A stretch of DNA of 64,000 nucleotides from an uncultured Gammaproteobacteria bacterium (GTDB lineage: Bacteria > Patescibacteriota > Patescibacteriia > Magasanikbacterales > GWA2-37-8): contig CAZQUL010000001.1 of the NCBI GenBank assembly GCA_964596525.1, positions 332,830 through 396,829 of the forward strand. Reading direction: 5' to 3'. Positions 37,971-47,817 of this stretch are shown here, one piece after another. Numbering within the stretch: the stretch's first letter is position 1; every line of letters begins with the position of its first letter. A program made the translations under genes and the position numbers. The notes beneath the pieces are model-generated. The model had not been told where the DNA came from. It made no database searches and worked only from the letters and a program-made list of their open reading frames with translations.

Positions 37971-39740
37971 CTAAACTTTACGCAACGCATGCAACTCTGC
38001 TTCTAGTTCAAACCACCGTGTTTCGAGTTCGCTAATGCGATCGCTAACGAGAGCAAGCTCTTTTTGTTTATCGGGCGCGTATGAAGTGGGATAGCGTTCG
38101 AAGTAACGCAAAATGCTTGCGCGTTCTTCTTCGCGGACTCTCAGTTCGCGCTCGGCACGCTCGCGCTCGCGCTCAAGCTTTTTTATTTCTTGGTAGCGTT
38201 CGGCCTTGGAAAACGATTTCGTAGTTGCCGGTTCATTCGGTAGAACCTGCGCAGGTTTTTCTCTTCGTTCGCCGAGGTGATAGACATATTCTTCGTACGT
38301 GTATGGATAGCGCAGCGCGGTTCCTTCGGCCACTTCGAGGATCGTCGTGGCAACGACGTTCACGAAGGTGCGGTTGTGGCTTACGAATAGCAGCGTGCCA
38401 TTGAAGGCCTGGAGCGCTACGGCCAGCGCCTCCACCGTTTCAAGATCCAAATGGCTCGTCGGTTCGTCGAGGAGGAGTACGTCATGGCGCGAGAGTAAAA
38501 GTCCGGCAAGCGCAAGACGCGAACGTTCGCCACCGCTCAAAACGCGGATCGGTTTTTCGATGTCATCATCGGAGAATAAAAAATTTCCAGCCATGGCACG
38601 CAGTTCTTCGTGGGGTAGGTGGTAACCCTGTTCTTCCAGGTGCCGGAAAACGGTTTTGTCTGGGTCGAGCATGGCAGCGGTGTGTTGCGCAAAGTAGCCG
38701 ACGGAAATGTTGTGACTCCATTTGAAGCGACCGCCAAGTGCGGGCAGTTCACCGGCGAGTGTTTTGAGGAGCGTAGTTTTGCCGCGGCCGTTTTGACCCA
38801 GGATGGCGGCGTGCGTGCCGCGGTCGATATCGAAAGTGATTTTTTCCGCGATGGTTTTTTCGCCGTAACCAATGGTGAGATTTTCAGTACGTAAGGCCAA
38901 CCCCTTTTTCTCGGGTGCGGACGGTATGACAATGCGCGCGGTTGCGGAGGGGTTTTCAATCGTGATGGTTTCGAGCCGGGCGATTTGCTTGAGTTTTGAT
39001 TGCGCCTGCTTGGCCTTGCTCGCTTTGTAACGGAAGCGGTCGACGAATTCTTGCAGATGCGCGCGTTCACGTTCCACGTTTTTGTTGTAGTGTTCGGCAG
39101 CAAGGCGCACTTCTTCGCGGTAGGCGAAATATTCTTCCAGTCCGCCGGGATAAAATGTTAGTTTGCCGTTCGCCACGTCGAGCGTTTGCTCGCAGGTGTG
39201 TTTGAGGAATTCACGGTCATGCGAGATGATGAGATGCGCGCCGCGGAAGGTGGTGAGATACTCTTGCAGTAAAAGCTGCGTATCAAGGTCGAGATAGTTG
39301 GTAGGTTCGTCAAGAAGGAGCAGGTTCGGATCAGCGAGAAACAAGCCGATGAGTTTAATGCGCATCTGGTAGCCGCCTGAAAGCTGTTCGATGTTCGTGG
39401 CGAGTTGTGCGGCATTTACTTCAAATGCTGCAGCGGTTTTGCCGACGCGCCACGGTTCGGCGTTCGTCAAGCGCTCCAGATATTCAAAAGCGGTTTCGCC
39501 GCTCTGCCATTCGTCGTGCTGCCCCAAAAATCCTAGCCGAGCCCCATCATGCACGATGATCGTGCCATGATCTGCTTCTTCTTGCCCGGTGAGAAGTGCG
39601 AAGAAAGTAGACTTGCCAGCGCCGTTCCTGCCGATGACGCCAATTTTCTGTCCTTCAGCGAGCGAAAAATTTACGTCGTCCAAAATAATGTGCGGTCCGA
39701 AGGATTTGGCAAGATTGGTGATAGTGAGAAGAGTGGCCAT
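37971..39740 (-). CDS. ABC-F family ATPase
   Basis: Two NBDs (GRNGAGKS/LSGG/LLDEPTN and GQNGRGKT/LSGGE/LLDEPTS), no TM, linker KA.QAQSK.K. Confidence 0.95.
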   Translation of the reverse strand: MATLLTITNLAKSFGPHIILDDVNFSLAEGQKIGVIGRNGAGKSTFFALLTGQEEADHGTIIVHDGARLGFLGQHDEWQSGETAFEYLERLTNAEPWRVGKTAAAFEVNAAQLATNIEQLSGGYQMRIKLIGLFLADPNLLLLDEPTNYLDLDTQLLLQEYLTTFRGAHLIISHDREFLKHTCEQTLDVANGKLTFYPGGLEEYFAYREEVRLAAEHYNKNVERERAHLQEFVDRFRYKASKAKQAQSKLKQIARLETITIENPSATARIVIPSAPEKKGLALRTENLTIGYGEKTIAEKITFDIDRGTHAAILGQNGRGKTTLLKTLAGELPALGGRFKWSHNISVGYFAQHTAAMLDPDKTVFRHLEEQGYHLPHEELRAMAGNFLFSDDDIEKPIRVLSGGERSRLALAGLLLSRHDVLLLDEPTSHLDLETVEALAVALQAFNGTLLFVSHNRTFVNVVATTILEVAEGTALRYPYTYEEYVYHLGERREKPAQVLPNEPATTKSFSKAERYQEIKKLERERERAERELRVREEERASILRYFERYPTSYAPDKQKELALVSDRISELETRWFELEAELHALRKV

Positions 39741-39844
39741 AGTGGCTTAAGTGTAGTGGGGGAAGGGGAAAAGGACAAGATGGAGTTGGTAGCTTTTTAG
39801 CTAGTTAGCGTGGTAGGAGAGTGGCTCGTTAGGAAAATCGTATT

Positions 39845-39973
39845 GTCATTGCGAGGAAGGAGCCAGACGACTGACAGCCTGTCCCGATTAGATCGGGAAA
39901 GCAACCCTTCTGTACTTCAGAGTTCATTCTGTTATCAGGGGGATTGCTTCGTCGCTACGCTCCTCGCAATGAC
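39845..39973. repeat. Palindromic intergenic repeat copy 6 (contains insert B)
   Basis: GTCATTGCGAGGA...TCCTCGCAATGAC perfect terminal inverted repeat. Confidence 0.9.
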
Positions 39974-40026
39974 ATGTATTTTGAGGTTTAAACAAAAAGC
40001 CGCGGTGGGCGGCTTACGTGGTAGGG

Positions 40027-40686
40027 TTACTTCTTCGCCGCGGCGCGCTCGGCGAGCACCTGCTCGAAGTGCGCGGTAATGGAACGGTGTTGGGTGAGCA
40101 GGTCTTCGACGCTGGGTGTCGCGCCTTCGGGCGGAATCTCGTGACGGCCTTCAGCGCAGCACAGGCACAGTCCGCGGTCATTGAGGGCTTCTCGCGGCTC
40201 ACTGCAAGCGCAGTCACACGGGCACCAGCAGGTACGCAGTTCGTCGCAGATATCTTCAAAAACTTTTTTCCAGTTTGTATATCCACGCCGGCCGAGTCGG
40301 TACTTGTTCGTTGCGGTTGGTACATTCTTGTCGAAGCCGGCTCTGAGCCAGATGATATGCGTCACGCCGAGCTCGGTCGCGGTTGCTTGCAGGTCATCGG
40401 TCTTTTCGAAGTAGCGCACGTTCTCGCGTAGGAGGTGCGTTCTGGCATAAAAATCGTTTGCTTCGAGATGGCCGAGAAGATGCTGCGTTACTTCGTCTTT
40501 TTCTACGCCGAGTAGGTAAACTTTTTCGGCATCAAAGCGGTTTACGAGCGCTGGAACGAGTTCAAGATAGGTCGGATCGATCATGTAAGGCGACCCGATG
40601 AGAATCTCCGCTGGCGTTGGACCGCAGAGTGCCAGCGCTTCGATGGCGAAAACGAATCGACGGCCGGGAGTTATGGTGGTTTCCAT
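40027..40686 (-). CDS. Hypothetical protein, possibly degenerate HAD-like fold with Cys-rich tail
   Basis: DFYART....V.Y...ELGVTH resembles small HAD/nucleotidase-like proteins but lacks the acidic motifs; tail CWCPCDCAC...CLCC; SD AAGGA. Confidence 0.6.
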   Translation of the reverse strand: METTITPGRRFVFAIEALALCGPTPAEILIGSPYMIDPTYLELVPALVNRFDAEKVYLLGVEKDEVTQHLLGHLEANDFYARTHLLRENVRYFEKTDDLQATATELGVTHIIWLRAGFDKNVPTATNKYRLGRRGYTNWKKVFEDICDELRTCWCPCDCACSEPREALNDRGLCLCCAEGRHEIPPEGATPSVEDLLTQHRSITAHFEQVLAERAAAKK

Positions 40687-40867
40687 GAGCGTCCTTTCGT
40701 GTACGGCGTGGTTCTGGCTGCACCAGCAATACCAAAAAACCATTAAAATGTCAATCATTGCCCGAGTAATTTTGCTCATCAGCTTTCATCAACTATCCGG
40801 CTTGACGGACTGCATGAATTGTGGGATCATCGCTAGCTTGTCGTGGTTACCAAGGAGGTAAAGGGTC

Positions 40868-41533
40868 GTGGAGAAGCAAGGTTCCAAGGAGGTATTAACT
40901 GCCGATCAACAGGCGCTCATTACGCCTAAAATGCTGAAATACGTTGACTATCTGGCCAAACGGCTGCACAAGAAAAATGGCGCGGCCAGAGCTTTAGGCT
41001 TTGAAGAGCTCGTGACGGCTGGCCGGTTTGGTCTGACCGAAGCGGCTGCGCGCTTTAATGAGCAGTTAGGAGTTACGTTTATTACGTTCGCTACACCACG
41101 GATACGGGGTGGCATGCTTGACCGGTTGCGGCAGGTACCTGGCTGGAATCGTCAAACAAAGATTCTCACCCCCCTTGTCCTTATAGGAGAAAGTCATCGC
41201 CTGAGCCATCTTTTCTTTTCCGGTCGGCACGTTTCGGGCGAACGGGATCCGTTTTCAGACAAAGATCAAACCGGAATGAGCGAAGCTGTCTTGAACCAAG
41301 CCAGCCCGGAAACCCTGGCGGTGCGCCGAGAACTTCTTGAGCGGATGAAGACCTGCATGGCGACGTTGAGCGTTAACGAGCAAACGGTTATTGCTTTACG
41401 CTATTTTCAGGGCGCTACGCTCGAAGAAATTGGCAAAGCAATCGGCCTTGAAAAGTCCTGGGTCTGCCGCCTGCATCACCGGGCGCTCGCTAAGCTCCAA
41501 AAAGCCCTTGGTGAAGATGTTGGTTCCTTATAA
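40868..41533 (+). CDS. FliA/WhiG-like sigma70-family sigma factor
   Basis: Region 2 GL.EAA.RF...F.TFA..RIRG.MLD.LR; region 4 TLEEIG..IGL.KSWVCRLH; SD AAGGAGGT. Confidence 0.88.
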   Translation: MEKQGSKEVLTADQQALITPKMLKYVDYLAKRLHKKNGAARALGFEELVTAGRFGLTEAAARFNEQLGVTFITFATPRIRGGMLDRLRQVPGWNRQTKILTPLVLIGESHRLSHLFFSGRHVSGERDPFSDKDQTGMSEAVLNQASPETLAVRRELLERMKTCMATLSVNEQTVIALRYFQGATLEEIGKAIGLEKSWVCRLHHRALAKLQKALGEDVGSL

Positions 41534-41619
41534 AAGTCCTTGTAGAGGCCGGCGCACGAGCGTCGGTTTTTTATTTAAAAAACGACGACCAGATGGTCGC
41601 CGCCGGGTCGTCGAAATAT

Positions 41620-42171
41620 CTACTGACGAGTGGCTAACGGTTCGAAGAACTCGCTGCATGAGATGTCGCTGCCGTCGGCGACGAAGTGGAAGCCGGTTCC
41701 CATTATCCGGCTTTTGAAGCGGCGCACCGCGACCGGACGGTTGTTGCGCTCCACCGTCGCGGTCGGCTCGTTCCAGGTGATTTCCGGATCGCCATTGATG
41801 CGGATGGTGAAACCGACGCCGACGCCGGTGGGAGCCTCGAGAACCCACAGGTCGTCAGCCGCATGACCGTTGAAAAAGTTGAATCGCCGCTTGGCATCGG
41901 GCGTGCGCGGCAGGCACGAACCGCTGTTACCATCGAAGACGACGATGTCCACGAACCGCACCGTCACTTCCTTGCCATCGACGGTAAATGCTGATGGCAG
42001 TCCGGGCGGCTTAATGGCGATGGTGTCTTGCCACACGGTGTAGGTGGAGCTGTTATGCCGGTCAGTCTCCTTCACCGGTGCGGGCTGTGCAGGCGCGGTC
42101 TGCTGTAGGGTCGTGGCACAGCCCGTGAAATACATGAGAACACATCCCAACCAGAACGTCTTCGGAATCAT
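41620..42171 (-). CDS. Hypothetical lipoprotein
   Basis: FTGC lipobox; SD TAAGGAGG. Confidence 0.78.
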   Translation of the reverse strand: MIPKTFWLGCVLMYFTGCATTLQQTAPAQPAPVKETDRHNSSTYTVWQDTIAIKPPGLPSAFTVDGKEVTVRFVDIVVFDGNSGSCLPRTPDAKRRFNFFNGHAADDLWVLEAPTGVGVGFTIRINGDPEITWNEPTATVERNNRPVAVRRFKSRIMGTGFHFVADGSDISCSEFFEPLATRQ

Positions 42172-42374
42172 CGAGTCCTCCTTATAAGATGCGGAAGTTC
42201 CACCTCCTCAGGCTTTCATGGGTTGGGTGCTTTGTCAATATTTTAGGATAGTGTACATCTATAGCTCGCTAAGTCTTGACAATCAATACATAATGCCGTA
42301 TACCAAGGGGGTCTCGCGTGCCTGCGAGATTGCCTTCACAACTGTACGAGCAGAACGTACCAAAGGAGTTCCCC

Positions 42375-43421
42375 ATGAAGCGTTTCCTGTCCAGCATCTC
42401 CGCCGCGCTCCTCCTGTGCTCCACCGTCTCCCTCTTCGGCTGCGACGAGGGCGAGGTCGTCGGCTCCGCCGGTCCGGCGGGCCAGGCTGGCCCCAAGGGC
42501 GACAAGGGAGACACCGGCGCCATGGGTGCCCCGGGCGCCGATGGCATGATGGGCACCATGGGCCCGGCCGGCACCAACGGCACCGGCGACGTCGTCGTCA
42601 CCGGGACCCTCGCGCCGACCCAGGGCTGGTCCTTCATGACCTTCCGCATGGGCGGCGCCTTCATGAACCGCGTCGTGTTCGCGGATGACTACGCCTACCC
42701 GCCCGAGAGCTTCGCTCTGCCCGGCCTGCCCGTCGCCTCCAGCCTGCGCCTCGAGACCGGCCCGTCGCTCGTCGACCCGGGCAACGCCGCGCAGCTCCTG
42801 GGTGGCAAGGCCTACGCCGGCTCCGCAGGCCAGAACTACACCCGCGTCGGCGACATCATGAGCGTCAAGTACGTCACCCGCGTCGACAGCGCCACGAGTG
42901 TCGCCGCGACCGGCCCCGGCTACCTCAACCTCTTCGTCTCGCCGGGCACCTCGGATCTCAAGACCGCCGCGGCGCGCAAGGCCTGGTTCGAGGCGGAGCC
43001 CACGGAGTACGATCTGATCGTCTTCGATCCGGCCTACTTCCCCAAGCCCGGCTACGCCCCCCAGAACGGCCGCTGGCAGGCCTGGATGCTCGACGACAAC
43101 GCGCCCGTGCGCTGCCGCCGGAGCAAGCTCGTCATCGACGGGACCGGCACGCGCTGCATCAAGGACGCGGAGGTGAAGTGGGGCGTGCTCAAGCAGTACA
43201 ACCCCGATGCCTTCCTCGTGCCGCCCCACTGCTCCGAGTTCGCGGCCGTCGCCCCGGCCATGTGCCCGGCCACCCCGCCGCAGCCCGGCCTGGTCTACGT
43301 CATCGGCTCGTCCACTGAGTCCGTGACCGCGCCCAACTGGAGCAACTTCAAGGTGAACCTCGGCGCCGTCGAGATCACCTACGAAGGGGACTACAAGCGG
43401 CGCTACCTGTTCGGCAAGTAG
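42375..43421 (+). CDS. Lipoprotein with short collagen-like (Gly-X-Y) repeat
   Basis: LFGC lipobox; GSAGPAGQAGPKGDKGDTGAMGAPGADGMMGTMGPAGTNG; SD AAGGAG; TTGACA-17-TATACC promoter. Confidence 0.85.
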   Translation: MKRFLSSISAALLLCSTVSLFGCDEGEVVGSAGPAGQAGPKGDKGDTGAMGAPGADGMMGTMGPAGTNGTGDVVVTGTLAPTQGWSFMTFRMGGAFMNRVVFADDYAYPPESFALPGLPVASSLRLETGPSLVDPGNAAQLLGGKAYAGSAGQNYTRVGDIMSVKYVTRVDSATSVAATGPGYLNLFVSPGTSDLKTAAARKAWFEAEPTEYDLIVFDPAYFPKPGYAPQNGRWQAWMLDDNAPVRCRRSKLVIDGTGTRCIKDAEVKWGVLKQYNPDAFLVPPHCSEFAAVAPAMCPATPPQPGLVYVIGSSTESVTAPNWSNFKVNLGAVEITYEGDYKRRYLFGK

Positions 43422-43534
43422 CGGCCTGACCGCGGCAGCGCCTGTGCCGCGTCCCGTGCCCATGCCTTGGATGTGAACCGCCCGGTTTCGAGCGCAAGCT
43501 TGGAACCGGGATTTTTTATTAAAAGTTTGTGTGG

Positions 43535-43671
43535 GTTATTGCGAGAACGAGGTACGAGCGACGAAGCCCGTCCGCCATGGCAGCAAGGCGTGCCGGGCGG
43601 GCAATCCTCTTGATATCAGAGTGGGCTCTGAATTACAGAGGGATTGCTTCGTCGTTCCTCCTCGCAATGAC
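43535..43671. repeat. Palindromic intergenic repeat copy 7 (contains insert A)
   Basis: GTTATTGCGAG...GCAATCC...GGATTGC...CTCGCAATGAC. Confidence 0.9.
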
Positions 43672-43750
43672 AGTGTTTAAAAAGAATTTCTTCATTGACT
43701 TCCGCCCCTGTCCTCCTTATACTAGTACCTCACTACCCTTAGCTTCTCGT

Positions 43751-46234
43751 ATGAATATTTTGGATCGTTTTTCCGCTCATCTTAAGCATGCGCTTACCGA
43801 AAGCATCCGCGTGGCCGGTGAGCTATCGCATGATGCAGTGACTCCTCTGCACCTTCTTTTTAGTTTGTACGCCGAACACGGCTCCGTAGCGGCCGAAATT
43901 ATCAGCCGTTTGGGTCTTGGCAACAAAAGTTTGGAGCGCGCTTTGGCCGTCGTACCGCCCGCTGGCTCGAGCCGCACCGAAACCGTAGTCGCCTTCTCGC
44001 CTGCGGCCAAAGCCGTGCTCGAAAAAGCGTTTTTTATTGCCGAAGAGCGCGGTCATACCTATGTTGGCACTGAGCATCTTTTGGCAGCGCTCATCGCTCT
44101 TGGTGATGAAACCGTCGTCAAATTCTTTGATGGTGAGAATATAAAAATCGCGGATATCAATAAGCAGATCGATACCGTGCTTGCCAATGCCAGTCATTTT
44201 CCAGAACTCACTGAGGTAACCGAAATGAGTGATCAAGGTATAGACCAGATTGAAGCCGCCAACGAGCATGCGCATGATCATCCGCCAGCCAAGAAACCCC
44301 GCGGCCGCAAAGACAATGCGCTCGAGTATTTTGCGGTCAACTTAACATCGCCCGAAGTGGCCGAAACGATCGATCCGGTGATCGGCCGCGAGCGTGAAAT
44401 AAACCGCGTGATCCACATTTTATCGCGTCGCACCAAAAACAATCCAATGCTCTTGGGCGATCCGGGTGTCGGTAAAACCGCCATCGTCGAAGGCCTGGCC
44501 AAGCGCATTGCCGAAGGCACAGTGCCAGACGTGCTTCTTACTAAAAAAGTTTATGCGCTTGATTTGGGTCTTCTTATCGCCGGCACCATGTACCGCGGCG
44601 AATTCGAGTCGCGCCTCAAGCAAGTCATCGATGAAGTGATGGCCGAGAAAGACATCATTCTCTTTGTCGATGAGCTCCACAATATCGTTGGTGCTGGCTC
44701 AAACCAAGGTACGCTTGATGCAGCCAATATTCTCAAACCTGCGCTCGCCCGCGGTCAGGTGCGTCTCATCGGCGCCACCACGCCGCCCGAGTTTAAAAAG
44801 CATATCGAAAACGATCCCGCGCTCGAGCGCCGCTTCCAGCCGGTTATCGTGGGCGAACCAACGCCGGACGAAGCGGTAGAAATCATCAAAGGACTCCGTC
44901 CGCGCTACGAAGCGTTCCATCGCGTCAAAATCACCGATGAAGCCGTAGCCGCTGCCGTCGCCTTATCGCGTCGTTACATCGTAAGTAAATTCCTGCCTGA
45001 CAAAGCTATCGACCTCATCGACGAAACTGGTGCTGCCAAACGCTTGTCGCAAAAAGGCACGGCCCGTGAGCACAAAGTAGTGCGCCTCAAACAGCGGCTC
45101 GAAAAAGCCGTTGCGGCCAAAGAAAAAGCGGCGAGCGAAGATCGCTTCATGGATGCGGTCGGCTTTAAGCATGAAGAATACCGCCTGCGCCAAGAGCTCA
45201 AAAAAATGGAAAAAGAGGCGGCTAAAGATGAAGCCGTTATTCTCGGCGAAATTACCGCAGTGGATGTAGCCGAGCGCGTCGCGGCTATCACAGGTGTCGC
45301 TCCGGCGGAACTCATGACCAACGAGCGCGATCGCTTGCTCGAACTTATGCCGACGATTCAGAAGCGCATTATCGGCCAAGATGAGGTGGTGGGAAAAGTC
45401 GTCAATCTCATTCGCCAGGGCACGCTCGGGCTCGGCAGTGATAACCGGCCGCTCGCTTCCTTTTTGTTCGTCGGTGCAAGCGGGGTCGGCAAAACCGAGC
45501 TTGCCCACACGCTTGCCGATACGCTCTACCCAGGCCGCCGCGCGCTCATCAAGCTCGACATGAGCGAATACAGCGAAGCGTTCGGTGTCTCTAAACTTCT
45601 CGGTTCGCCAGCTGGTTACGTGGGCTATAAAGAAAGTACGTCGCTCACGGATCGCATCAAACTCAATCCCTACTGTGTTCTTTTGTTCGACGAGCTCGAC
45701 AAAGCCCACCGCGATGTGATGCGGCTGTTGCTTGGCATTCTCGAAACCGGTGAAATCTCCGATGCTACGGGCCGCGCCATCAGCCTGCGCCATGCCATCA
45801 TCATCATGACCACGACGCTTGGTGCCGAAGAGGCCAATAAAAACGCGCTCGGTTTCGCTGCCTCTTCCTCGGCTGAGAGCAGTGCTGCACGCGGGCTGGA
45901 ACGCCTCAAAGACTACTTCGGCGCGGAACTCATGAGTCGCATCGATGAAGTTTGCTTCTTCCGCAATCTTACCGCCGAAGATTTTGCTGCCATCGCCCGT
46001 GCCGAAATCGAACGTTTGAGTGCGCGCCTCGCCACCCACGGTGCAAGCCTTGTGCCAAGCGATGAGGCACTCAAGCAACTTATCGCCGACCTTGCATCCT
46101 CGGGCGGAGCGCGCGAAATCCGCCGCCGCGTACGTTCGCGCGTAGAAGGTTTGGTGGCCGGCGAACTTCTTAAGAAAAAACCCAAATCCCGTTATACGCT
46201 TGGTGTAAAAGACGGGATTTTGGAGTTAAAATAA
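43751..46234 (+). CDS. clpC: ATP-dependent Clp protease ATP-binding subunit (ClpC-like)
   Basis: Clp_N repeats, [20 protein letters not shown], middle coiled coil, [16 protein letters not shown] loop. Confidence 0.93.
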   Translation: MNILDRFSAHLKHALTESIRVAGELSHDAVTPLHLLFSLYAEHGSVAAEIISRLGLGNKSLERALAVVPPAGSSRTETVVAFSPAAKAVLEKAFFIAEERGHTYVGTEHLLAALIALGDETVVKFFDGENIKIADINKQIDTVLANASHFPELTEVTEMSDQGIDQIEAANEHAHDHPPAKKPRGRKDNALEYFAVNLTSPEVAETIDPVIGREREINRVIHILSRRTKNNPMLLGDPGVGKTAIVEGLAKRIAEGTVPDVLLTKKVYALDLGLLIAGTMYRGEFESRLKQVIDEVMAEKDIILFVDELHNIVGAGSNQGTLDAANILKPALARGQVRLIGATTPPEFKKHIENDPALERRFQPVIVGEPTPDEAVEIIKGLRPRYEAFHRVKITDEAVAAAVALSRRYIVSKFLPDKAIDLIDETGAAKRLSQKGTAREHKVVRLKQRLEKAVAAKEKAASEDRFMDAVGFKHEEYRLRQELKKMEKEAAKDEAVILGEITAVDVAERVAAITGVAPAELMTNERDRLLELMPTIQKRIIGQDEVVGKVVNLIRQGTLGLGSDNRPLASFLFVGASGVGKTELAHTLADTLYPGRRALIKLDMSEYSEAFGVSKLLGSPAGYVGYKESTSLTDRIKLNPYCVLLFDELDKAHRDVMRLLLGILETGEISDATGRAISLRHAIIIMTTTLGAEEANKNALGFAASSSAESSAARGLERLKDYFGAELMSRIDEVCFFRNLTAEDFAAIARAEIERLSARLATHGASLVPSDEALKQLIADLASSGGAREIRRRVRSRVEGLVAGELLKKKPKSRYTLGVKDGILELK

Positions 46235-46451
46235 GTTTAAATGACCGATTATTGTAAGAGAGCGAGAATTCATCATACGCCCTATCGTTGACAGGGCGTA
46301 TGATTTTTGATATATTCTTCTGTCGGTACGAAAGATCCGTAGAGTGCAGTATTCCTGCATTGTGCCGGTCTTTAGTACCCTCCCTGGTGTTTGGTATCCA
46401 GGGAAACGTTCTTTCACAACACGCACTGAGAGAAGATACACGAGGTGAACC

Positions 46452-47681
46452 ATGAGCACGAATTTCGAGAATCTGGTCGTTCCGGAGAAGGACGTGAAGG
46501 CTTTCGGCGCTTCTCTGTGCCGACTCTTGAGGCTCGATCTCAAGGCTGCTGAAGCAGCAACCGCCCACATCTTCCCTGAAGGGACTGAGTTCCAGCACGT
46601 CATCGGTCAGATGGCCGATGAGCTACCCCGGGCTCTGAAGGAAGCCAAGGTGGAGGTGAAGAATCGGCACTTCCTGAAGGATGCCATTCCTGTCCTCAAT
46701 CTCTTCCGTCCCGGCATGGCCATCTGCAAGGAGTGCGGCTGCCTACCGATTTGGCGTGTGAGCGGGGCCCTGGTGGTGCGGTCCGTCGGCGAGACCTGTC
46801 CGATTCCGGAGTGCGGCCGCGTCCTTACCGCGCGCGCGACCGTGGCGGTGACCTTCAACTGGTACAAGCTCGAGATGGTGCCGGACACGGATGACAACCA
46901 TATCCTCACCATCGGCAGCAGCAACATCCCGGTGACCCGCGCCGCGGCCATCATGAATCGTCTGAACGATCGCGGTGGCCTTCATCATCAGGTGCAAGAG
47001 GTGATGGAGCACTTCGGGCTCGTCGTCCCGGACGATCTGCCGTACTTCGTCGGTGCGGTGTTCAGCACTCAGCGGCGCACGTACGAAGAGAAGCCGCTTC
47101 GTGCCGTCCTGAGCCTGAGCGCCAAGCTCTTCGATACGGATCTTACCACCCTCAACGAGCTCGAGGCGTGGGCGCTGGCGGCAGTCAACTTTAAGAAGCA
47201 GGCCACCCGCCGGGTCGAAGACATGCAGCTGCCGCCGTCTCCCCAGGTGCCGCCCGCTCCGGTATCCTTACCCAAGGGAAAAAGAGCGTTTCGTTCCTTG
47301 GTGCTAGGCTTGCTCGGGACTGCGCTGCAGCTGAATGACGACTTCGATGCTTTTGTTACCAAGTATTTTCCCCAGACGCATCAACTTCTTCCTGTTGATT
47401 TTCTGGAGAAAAGGAATTTTTTGGTTGACAAACACGGTCTGCGCGAGGTCTACCGCCTTATGCTCCAAAGCGTGAAAATCGAGGAGTGGCATCTTGTCAT
47501 GGTGCTGCGGTGGAACTTCAAGGACTACGAACCGCTGCATGCCTTTGTGAATCGTTACTTCCCGGCAGCACTGCCTCGCGTCAAGGGTCAATACGGCATT
47601 GATGCGCAAAGCGACGCTCTCGTGCAATATGCGGGCGTCCCGGCCATGCTCAAGGCGCTCGAGGCCGAGTTCTCGGCCTAG
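46452..47681 (+). CDS. Hypothetical protein with zinc ribbon and duplicated C-terminal helical module
   Basis: CKEC...CPIPEC; two AFV..YFP units; SD GAGGTGA; TTGACA-17-TATATT promoter. Confidence 0.75.
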   Translation: MSTNFENLVVPEKDVKAFGASLCRLLRLDLKAAEAATAHIFPEGTEFQHVIGQMADELPRALKEAKVEVKNRHFLKDAIPVLNLFRPGMAICKECGCLPIWRVSGALVVRSVGETCPIPECGRVLTARATVAVTFNWYKLEMVPDTDDNHILTIGSSNIPVTRAAAIMNRLNDRGGLHHQVQEVMEHFGLVVPDDLPYFVGAVFSTQRRTYEEKPLRAVLSLSAKLFDTDLTTLNELEAWALAAVNFKKQATRRVEDMQLPPSPQVPPAPVSLPKGKRAFRSLVLGLLGTALQLNDDFDAFVTKYFPQTHQLLPVDFLEKRNFLVDKHGLREVYRLMLQSVKIEEWHLVMVLRWNFKDYEPLHAFVNRYFPAALPRVKGQYGIDAQSDALVQYAGVPAMLKALEAEFSA

Positions 47682-47817
47682 ACCGCGCCCTGCATTCGTC
47701 TGATGCTCCCTGCATCACCGCAGCCCTCCCGGGCTGCTTTAATTTTACTCATTTTTGGTTGGTATATATCTCCAGTAATGCATATTCAACATCTGTATTC
47801 CATGGTATTATGGTGCC

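Noticed and set aside
10782-43671. Dispersed repeats as CRISPR or IS ends
   Set aside because: No regular repeat-spacer array, cas gene or transposase; the copies are isolated palindromes.
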